From Scenedesmus sp. PABB004 (lineage: Eukaryota): a stretch of DNA of 64,000 bases. The stretch spans positions 1,984,001 to 2,048,000 of the forward strand of contig CM026547.1 of assembly GCA_014905635.1 (NCBI GenBank). The letters run 5' to 3'. The translations under genes and the position numbers were made by a program. The notes under the pieces were generated by a model. It was not told the DNA's origin. It searched no databases and was given only the letters and a program-made list of their open reading frames with translations. Positions 54,817-64,000 of this stretch are shown here, piece by piece (position 1 is the stretch's first letter; each line of letters begins with the position of its first letter).

Positions 54817-57800
54817 ATGAGGGTGAAGAACAGGAAGGCGGTGGAGGTGGTGAGCCGCGCTCGCGCTGCCCGGCCGCGCCGGCGCTGTGGGGGCCCGATG
54901 ATCGGCGCGTCCGCGCTCTCGCGCGCCCCCGGGATCGCGCCGCCCGCCGCGCGGCCGAGCCAGAGCCCGCCCCGACTCCCCGCAGCCCGCCGATGTGGCG
55001 GAGGTGGTCGCCCGCATCACCGGCGCGCCGCTGGAGGGCCTCGCGGCCGCGCTGGCCGACTTCAAGTGGGCCTGGGACAAGGTGCGGCCAGCGCGGGGCG
55101 GCCGATCGTGCCGGAGCGATGCGGGCGCCGCCCTGACGCCGCGCCGGCCCGCGCCGGGGCCAGGGCGACATCAACCACTGGGTGCCGGTGCTGGACCACT
55201 TCGACGCCTGGCTGGAGGCGCACACCTCCGCGCGGGCGGACGTGCAGCTGAGGCGGGGCGAGGAGGGCGTGCCGCTCGACGGCCCGTTCCCCAGCGAGGC
55301 CTGCCTGGCCGTCCTGCGCGCGACGTGCGTGCTGCTGGACAACTGCAGCAGCAAGGCGGCGTACAGCTCCACCGAGGTGCGCGCAGGGGGAACGCGATCG
55401 CCGCCAGGCCGCGCATGCCGCGCTGCATGCGCACGCGCGCGCGCGGCACCAGCGGCGGCGCCGCGACAGCAGCGCGCGGCGCCGCTGCGGTGCCGCCGCT
55501 GCTCAAGCCGCGCCGACCGTCGCGCGCCGCAGCACCTCGCCGCCCTGCTCGCGGCGCCCGACCCGGACGTCGTCGCGGCGGCGCTGCAGACGTTCCAGGT
55601 GCTGCTGCGCAGGACGCACCATGCGTCCGTGCGCTGGGCGCCGCCTGCGGGGCTCGCGCAGCGCCTGGCGTGCCTGGCCAAGGGCTGGGGCGGCAAGGAG
55701 GAGGTGCGGTGCCGGCCGGCGCGCGCGCCCCGCAATGGGGGGAAGGGGTGGGTGGGTGCGCAGGCAGCAGCGGTTGTGCGAGGCAGCGGCTGCTGCGGTG
55801 GCGTGTGCGGCGGCTGACGTGTCCGCCTCGTCGGCGCCTGCAGGGGCTGGACCTGGTGGTGTGCGCCTCGGCCGACGACAGCGCCGTCAACAAAGTGCTG
55901 CACAAGGCCACGACGCTGCACTTTGAGTTTGCGCGGGCGCAGCCAGGCGGCGCCGCGGGCGGCGGGGCGGCTGTGCTGCACGTTGAGGGCGTGTCGAGCC
56001 TGAGCGAGGGCGAGGCGGACATCCTGGCAGAGCTGGTGCGCCGCTACGACGTGCCGCCCGCGGCCAGGTTTGAGCTGCTGTGCCGCATCCGCGTCGCGCG
56101 CAACTTTGGCACGCTGGCGGGGCGGCGCCGCCTGGTGCAGCAGCGCCTGCTGGCCCTCAACGTCCTGCTGCAGTGCGGCGGCAGCACGGGTGCGTGCGCA
56201 GGGGGGAGGGGAGGCTGCTGCTGTGCGTGTCGGCGCGCAGCGCGCGCGGGCGGCTGAGCCCCCCCCCCCCCTCGGGCGCCCGCCGGGCCGCAGAGGAGCA
56301 CCACGCCCTGTACATGGCGGAGCCGGAGCTCGTGGCGGAGCTGGTGGGCCTGGTGCAGGCGGAGGAGGCGGTGGAGGAGGAGCTGCGCACGCTGGCGCTG
56401 CGCGCGCTCGCGGCGCAGCTCCACGACCGCAGCCGCACGAGCGCCGTCATCGCCGCCGTCAGCAGCGGCGGCCAGAGCGGGCTGCTGGCCATGCTGCTGC
56501 ACAAGAGCATCGCGAGCGTCCTGCAGCAGGCGGGCGTGCCGCTCGCGCCCTCGGGCGTCGCGCCGGCGGGCGCGGCCGGCGCGGGCAGCAGCGCGGGCGC
56601 GGGCGCGGGCGCCGCCGCCGCGGCGCCGCCGAGCGGCAGCGTGTCGTACAGCGTGTCGTTTGTGGACGCGCTGCTGGCGGTGGTCGCGGCGCTGGCGCAG
56701 TCGTCGTCGGGGTGCCAGGCCCTCAACGACGCGGGCGTGATCTCGGCGCTGCTCCCGCTGCTGCGCGACCTCGATCCCGAGCACCTGGGCCTGGTGTGCA
56801 GCGCCCTCAAGATCCTGGAGGCCTTCATGGACGTCAGCCAGCCCGCGTCCGCGACGTTCAGGGACCTCGGCGGCCTCACAGAGATGATCCAGCGCGCCGC
56901 GATCGAGGTCGGCGCGCGCCTGCCCGCCCCCGCGCCGCCGCCCGGCGGCGGCGACGTGGCCATGGCGCCCGCGGAGCCCCACCCCGCCGCACCGCCTGGC
57001 GCCCCGGCCGGCCCTGCGGCGGCGCCGGCGGCGGCGGAGGCGGCGGCGCCCAAGCCGGTGAGCGGGCGCGAGGGCGCGGCGCTGCGCAGGGCAGCGGCGT
57101 GGCGCCGCCCGCCCGCCGCTGGCGCGCGCGCTGCCCGGCGCTGAGCTCGCGCCGCCCGTCTGCGCCGCGCGCCGCGCAGCTGTCCCACGCGCGCAAGACG
57201 CTGCTCAAGTTCCTGCTGCGCAACATCACGCTCAGCAGCTACGCACCCACCGGCAACCTCGCGGCGACGCGCCCCCAGGACGACGACGCGCAGCTGCTCT
57301 ACGCCTCGCTCAAGGCGCGCCACGCACGACCGCACAACCTCGCGCCCGCCCCCGCGCGCCGCCGGCGGCGCGCCGCGCGCGCGCCGCGCCGACGCGCGCG
57401 CCGCCGCGGCCGTGGCACGCAGGAGATGTTCCGCCGGCCCGACGAGTTTGGCGGCAGCCTCTTCTCCCTGTCGGTGTCTGTCATGACCGACCTCATCCAC
57501 CACGAGCCGCAGAGCTTCAGGGCGCTCAACGACGCCGGCCTGCCGGAGGCCTTCCTCAACGCCATACAGGCGCGCAGCCGCGCACCCGCGCCGCCCGCGG
57601 CGGCGCGGGCACGGCGCGCGGCGCCGGCACCCGCGCCGCCGCCCACGCGCGTTCGCGCCGCGCGCCGCGCGCAGGCCGGCGCGCTGCCCGCGTCGGGGGA
57701 CGCGATCGTGTCGGTGCCGGGCGCGCTGGTGGCGCTGTGCCTGAACAGCGCGGGGCTGGCGCGCGTGCGCGAGGTCGCGGCGCTGAACGTGCTGCTGGAC

Positions 57801-60800
57801 ATCTTCACCTCCAAGAAGACCATGCGCCTGCTCACCAGCGACACGCCCGCCATACTCGGCAGCGGGCTCGAGGAGCTGCTCAGGCGCGCGGCCGCCGCGC
57901 CGCGCCGGCCCCTGCTGCCCTGCGCCGCGCGTCGTGCCGGCCGCAGAGCCGCCGCCCTCACGCCCTCCTGCCTGCCCCGGGGCGTGCCGCAGGTTTGTGC
58001 CGTCGCTGCGCAGCGACGGCGTGGACGTGGTGCTGGGCGTGTTCAGGGCGCTCTGCATCCTCGGCGGTGCGTGGCGGCATGCGGCGGGCTCCGTGCGGCG
58101 GCCGCCGCGCTGCGGCGCGCGGCGGTACAGCCGCCCGCGCCACGCAGGCCGCGTGCGCTGACGCGCCGCTCGCCGGCTGCGCGCGCCCCGCAGAGGATGC
58201 TGAGGAGCTGGAGGCAACAGCGCGGCCCCTGCCCCCGGGCGTGCCGGAGGAGCCGCCCGCGGCCGCGGCACAGGAGGTGGCAAGCAGCGCTGCTGCCAGC
58301 GAGGCGGCCGAGGCAGCAGCCGTGGCGCCCCAGCCCATGGAGACCGACGCAGCAGCTGGCAGCGGCGAGCAGGCGGCCGATGCGGGCGGGGCGGACGGTG
58401 GTGCGCTGCCGGCGGATGCTGCCGTCGTCGCACCCGCCGAGGCGGCAGCGGAGCCAGCGGCGGCGGCGGCGCCTGGCGCTGCGTCCGCCGAGGGCATGGA
58501 CGTGGACGCCGATGGCGGCGGCGCGGCCCAGGCCGCGCCCGCCGCAGGCGCCGACGGCGCCGGCGCCGGCGCAGCGCCAGCCGCCCCCGCGCTCACACCG
58601 GCGCAGCAGGAGCGCGAGCAGGAGCGGCAGCGGCAGCAGCAGGAGGACGCGCGGCTGTCGGCCATCGCCAAGCGGGCCCTGGCCGAAGCCCTGAAAGGCG
58701 TGGCGGAGCGGCGCACGCAGGAGACGGACGTGGAGGTGCGGCGCGGGCCTGTCGGGGGGGGGGGGGTCCCGGCCGCGGCCGCCGCGCCAGCGCCTCGGCT
58801 CACCGCGCACGCGCGCGCCGCCGCCCCTGACGCTCCGCCCGTGCGCCTGCAGGCGTACCTGCCGCTCGCGCTGACGGCCGCGGCGCGCATGCTGGAGCCG
58901 CTGCTGGGCAACCCGGAGACCAGCCGCCTGTTTGTGGAGCGCGGCGGCGCGGACGTGCTGCTCAAGCTCTACAAGCTGCCACGCCTCACGGTGAGCCGCA
59001 GGGCTCGCGCAGGGCTCGCGCCCGCCGCGTCGGGCCGGCGCCGCCCGCGGCCGGCGCTGACCGCCGAGCGCCGACCGCCGCCGCAGCCGGTGTTCAACTT
59101 TTCATCGGCGTCGCACTCGCTGCTGTCGGTGTTCCGTGCGCTGTCCGGCGCGCACGGCGGCGCGATCGCGGCCAAGTCCAAGGACGCGGTGGCGGCGCAG
59201 CTGGCGCTGCTGCTGCCCGAGGCGGCGCGCCTGGGGCCGGTGTGCGTGCCCACGCTGCCGGCGGAGGAGCGCGACGCGTACGTCAAGCGGGTGCTGGCGG
59301 TGCAGGGCCTGGTGGCGCTGGCCAGCGCGGTCGCGCGCAACGTCACCGCCATGCTGCCCCAGGTGCGCGCGCGGGCTCGCGGGGGTTGGGGGAGGGGGGA
59401 GGGCCGGGAACGCCGCTGCGCCGCGCCCGCGCATGCGTCCGCGCCGAGCGCCGAGCTGAGCCCCGCCGCGGCGCGCAGGTGAGCATGGGCGAGCCGCCGC
59501 TGCTGGCCAGCATGGGGCAGCTCGAGCGCATCGTCATGGCCCAGGCGGCGGCGTCAGACCCCTGGAAGCAGGCGCGGGATGCGGCGAAGAAGGAGGCCGC
59601 GGCTGCAGAGGCGGCCGCCGCGGTTGCCGCCGCGGCGGCGGCTGCAGACGGCGCGGCCCCCGCGCAAGCGGCCGCTGTGCTGCCGGGCGCGGGCGGCCTC
59701 GCGCCGGTGGCGGGCGCTGGCGACGCCGACGAGGACATGGAGGCGCCGGCGGCCGAGGCCGTGGCGGACGGGTGCGCGCTGGCTGCTGCGGCGCGCACGC
59801 AGCCTCGGCTGTGGGCACGCCCGCGCGCCGCGCGCTCGCCGCCGACGCCCCGCGCCCCTTCCCCTCTCCCTCTTCGTGACTGCCGCCCCCGCTGCGCAGA
59901 GCGGCGGCGCCCGAGGCGGCCGACGGCGCCGCGCCGGCCGCGGCGGGCGCTGCGAGCGCGGGCGGCAAGGCGAAGCGGTCGCCCGAGGACACCTCGTACG
60001 ACGCGCTGAGCTACCTGCTGACCAGCCTGCGCACCTTCTACATGGGCACCGCCAAGGCCATCCACACGCCCGTGCGGCGGCGCGAGGAGGTCGCGGCGTC
60101 GCCGAGCGTGCCCATGAAGGCGGCGGCGCTCAACCTCGCGCTGCTGCTGGTGGGCAACCTGCAGCTGCGCCCCTGGGCTGCGGCGCGCGGCGCCCCGGAG
60201 CCGCCGGCGCAGGCGGAGCGGCAGGCGGCGCAGCCCGGCGTGGCCGGCGCCGCGGCGCCCGACGCCGCCGCGCAGCTTGAGGCGGCCGTCGCGGCGGTGC
60301 GGGGGCGGTCGGGCCACTTCCTGCGCATCGCGGAGGAGCTGAGCCAGGTGCTGTTTGATAGCCGGCGGCACTACTGCCACCTCCTGGTCCTCAACTACTT
60401 TGCCGCTCTGGGCGGCTGCCAGGCGCGTCTCGCGCTGCGCCCTGCGCGCCGCGGTCGTGCGGTCGTGCGGTCGTGCGGTCGTGCGCCGCGCGCGCAGCTG
60501 CCGACGCCGCGGCCCTCTGCGCCGCCCCCGCAGGCGCTGGCGGCCTGCTTCAACGACGCCGCGGAGCTGCTGTGGCAGCTCATGGACGCCCAGGTGGCCG
60601 CCAAGGCCGCGCAGGATGCCGCCCAGCCGGGGGCCGACCAGCCCATGGCCGACGCGTCGCCCGCCGGCGCCCCGGCGACCGCGGCGGCGGCGCAGCCCGG
60701 CGCGCCGGCCGGCGGCGACGCCGCGTCCGCCGCGCCCGCGGCGCCGGCGCCCGCCGTCGCCAAGGACCCGCGCGTGGTGCTCGAGGCGGTGCTGGTGAAG

Positions 60801-63800
60801 ATGCTGGCCATCTACGAGCAGCTGGCCAACGCCAACGTGCTGCTCGCGGCGCCACAGGCACGCCGCGCCCGGCGCTGCGGCGCGGCCGGCGCGCGCCGTG
60901 GCGCGCGCCTGCCCCCGCTGACGCCCGCGCGCCGCGCGCGTCGTCGTCGCAGGCCAACAACATGCTGCTGGTGGCGCTGCCCAATTACGCGGGCCAGCCG
61001 CTGCTGCCGCCCGCGACGGACGCGCTGCAGTTTGTGCAGGCGCTGCACGGCCACATCCTGGCGGCGGTGCTGCCGCTGTGGAGCCACCCGCGCGCGCCGA
61101 CGGCGCCCACGGGCGTGCTGACGGCACTGATCCGCGTGCTGCAGACCTGCGCGGCGGGCCCCAGCGCCGCCAGCCTCATCCTGCGGTACAGCCAGGCCGG
61201 CGCGGCGCGCGCGCCGCCGGCGCCGCGCGTCGCGCCGCCGCCCGACCCGCAGCTCGTGGGCACGATCATGGAGATGGGCTTCAGCCAGGCGCGGTCCGAG
61301 GAGGCGCTGCGCCGCGTGGGCGCCAACAGCGTGGAGCTCGCCATGGAGTGGCTCATCGCGCACCCCGAGGAGCCGCCGGGCGCGCCGCCCGCCGCCGGCG
61401 CCGGCGCCGCGCCGCCCGCCGCCGGCGCCGGGGCCGCGGCGCCCGGCGGCGCCGCGCCTGGCGGTGCGGCGCCCGGCGGCGGCGAGGGCGTGAGCGAGGA
61501 GGAGGAGCTCACGCGCGCGCTGCTCGCGTCGCTGTCGGTGGTGGGCATGTCGCCGGACGCGGTCGCGCAGCGCTCGGCGCCCGCGGCGCCCAGCCTCGCC
61601 ACCGACGCGACCGTCGCGGGCAGCGCCGGGGGGGAGAGCCCCAGCGCGAGCACGGCGGGCTCGGGCGCCGCGGCGGGCGCCGCGGCGGCCGCCGCGACGC
61701 CGCCGCCACCCGGCGCCGCCGCCGGCGTTGGCGCGGGCGAGGTCGCGGCCACGCCGCAGATGACGCCCCGCCCGCTGGTGCAGCCCGGCGCGCCCGTGCT
61801 CGGCGCGGCGGCGCGCGCGGCGGCTGCGGTGGGCTCCGCGGTCGGCGCCGGCGGCGGCGCGTCGGCCGCGCCCGGCGCCGGCATCCCCGCGCCGCAGCAG
61901 CTCGTCGACGGCGCGGTGCGACTGGTCAGCGCGTCGCCGAGCACCGCGTTTGCCATCGCGGAGCTGCTCGCGACGATCGCGGCGCGCGAGGACGGCAAGG
62001 ACCGCCCGGCGCTCGTGGAGCGGCTCATGGCCATGTGGCTGCCGGCCGCGGGGGAGGGCGCGGCCGCCGCGGGCTCCAGCTCGGCAGCGGCGGCCGCCGC
62101 CGCTCCGCCGCCCGGCGGCGACGCCTTCACGCCCGCGCGCCTGCTGCTCCTCCTGCTGCACAAGGACGGCACGTGCCGCAAGGTCGCGGCGGACCAGGGC
62201 CTCGTGCCGCGCGTGCTTGCGCGCCTGCAGTCGTGGCAGGCGGGCTACAAGGCGGACGTCGCGGCGTACGAGGCCGGCGGCCGCGCTCCCGGCGCCGCGA
62301 GGGCGCTCGAGGTGCCCGCGTGGGTCGAGGCGGCGCTCATGCTGCTGGACCTCTGCGCCACAACCTCACCCAGGGCCGCCGCCGGCGCCGTACGCGCGCG
62401 GGGCGGCCCGTGGCGGCCACCGCCGCCGCGGCGGCGAGGACCGCGGCGGCGAGGACCACGGCGGCGGTCGCCAACGCGGCAGCGGCGGTGCGCTCGGCGC
62501 TGGAGGCGGCCGAGGGCGCAGCGCCCGCGGCCGCGGGGGCAGCCGAGGGCGCCGCGGCGCGCCCGGCGGACGCCGATGCCGGCGCAGCGCCCGCGGCGGA
62601 GCGCGGGGGCGGCGACGAGCCGATGGCGGACCAGCAGCCGGCCGCGCCTGCCGGTGCGCAAGCCGCTGGCGGCGAGGTCGGCGACGAGGGCGCGGCTGGC
62701 GCGCCGGCCGAGGCTGACGCCGGCGGCGTGCGCCTGCCGCCAGAGCTGGCGGGCCTCTCGGGCCTGAGCAGCGTGCTGGCGAGCTGGCGGCCCTGCGGGC
62801 TGCTGGACGAGGAGCAGCAGGCGGCGGCGACGGCGCTGTGCATGGCGCTGCTGCAGCAGCTGCACGACCACGCCGACGCGTGGGAGCGCCCATCGACGAG
62901 CATGTTTGAGGCCGACGGCTCGCTGCCCAACCCCAGCGCCGTGACGCAGGCGCTGCTTGGCCTGCTGGGCCACCTCACGCGGCGCCACGCCAACGCGCAG
63001 GCCGTGCTGGCGGCGGGCGGGCACCGGCTGCTGCTGTCGCTGCCGGCGGCGTGCCTGTCGCCGGCCATCAGCCGCGTCGAGCCGCTCATCGGCGGCGTGC
63101 TGCGGCACCTGCTGGAGGACCCGGTCACGCTGGAGGGCTGGATGGAGGCGGAGATAAAAAACAGCATGAGCGCCAAGCACGCGCTGCGCGACGCCTACGC
63201 GGCGCGCGCGCCACCGGGCCAGCCCAACGCGACGTCCAGGTGCGGGCGGCGGCGGCCGGGGCGCGGCGCGGCGGCGCGCCGCGCCGCGCAGCGCGCAGCG
63301 CGCGGGGCGGGCGCGGGCGTGGCGCGCCCGCGGCACGCCCCGGCTCACGGCGCACGCGCTGCGCCGCGCGGTGGGCGCAGGTGGCTGAGCGTGGGCAGCT
63401 TCCTGTCTGTGATGTCGACCCTCATTGCGCGCGAGCCCTCGGTCTTCCTGCAGGCCGTGGCGCGCACCTGCACGCTTGACAGCGCGCGGGGCGAGCCCAT
63501 GGTGCGCCTCAAGACGCAGCGCGAGGCGTTGCAGCCGCCGCAGCAGCCCGCGCCGCCCGGTGGCGACGCGCCGCCGCAGGCGGCGGCGTCGCTGGCGGCA
63601 CGCCGCCGCCGCCCTCGGCGGCGGCCCGCAGCGCGGCGCCGGGCGGCGGCGACGCAGCGGGCACGCCGCGCGCGGGCGAGGCCGGCGCGCGCGCGTCGCA
63701 GCGGCACAGCCGCAAGCTCGTGCCGGGCAGCTTTGTGGAGGTGGTCGACGCGCTGCTGGACGTGGTGCTCAGCTACCAGGGCGCGCCGCGCGCGGGGCAG

Positions 63801-64000
63801 GGCGGCCAGCAGCAGCTGGGCGAGCCCGCCGGCGCGGCGGCCATGGAGCTCGACGCCGCGCCGCCCGCGCCCGCGGCGGCGCCGGCCGGCAGCGCGCAGG
63901 AGCTCTCGCCGCTGCCGGCGGACCTGCTGCTGCGCCGGCTGAGCCCGCTGGTGCGCGAGGTGGGGCTGGCGTCGCTCGTGCTGCGCCTGCTGGCCGACTA
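54817..64000 (+). CDS. UPL1: UPL1/2 (HUWE1/Tom1-type) HECT E3 ligase, 5' part, runs off the window
   Basis: WDKGDINHWVPVLDHFD, LLDNCSSK..YSS, LACLAKGWGGK, GGQSGLL, FGGSLFSLSVSVMTDLIHHEP, ALCLNSAGL (DUF908/DUF913 region). UBA MEMGFSQARSEEALRRVGANSVELAMEWL, UIM EEEELTRALLASL, RHLLEDP..L...MEAEIK. HECT domain not reached. Confidence 0.9.

Noticed and set aside
62380..63720. Apparent frameshifts in the UPL1-like gene near 62390 and 63600, suggesting a pseudogene
   Set aside because: They fall in GC-rich low-complexity stretches where unrecognised introns or sequencing indels are more likely; conserved motifs continue downstream.

Overview
Eukaryotic, very GC-rich, intron-containing DNA. TGTAA poly(A) signals and short GC-rich introns suggest a chlorophyte green alga (inference). 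The left ~38 kb is a nearly gene-free block. It holds about 105 copies of a 172-bp, ~90% GC satellite (2619-28271), invaded by a Ty1/copia element with apparently identical LTRs and by at least seven copies of one poly(A)-tailed L1-clade (Zepp-like) LINE that inserts into the satellite and into itself. A zone of RTEX-like LINE and copia remnants follows. The block is bracketed by a ~700-bp inverted duplication, and each arm carries an outward-facing tRNA-Ile(AAT) gene. This makes it a candidate centromere or heterochromatic domain with tRNA boundaries. The right ~26 kb is gene-dense: HDHD5/CECR5-like HAD hydrolase, a hypothetical protein, TRAIP-like RING ligase, Nup153/Nup1-like FG protein, kelch-coiled-coil-RING protein, TVP38/TMEM64 protein, an inverted mosaic pseudogene, and the 5' part of a UPL1/HUWE1-type ligase with several GC-AG introns. 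The giant ORFs in the ORF track are artefacts of the stop-free satellite. All alignments were done by eye and exon boundaries are approximate.
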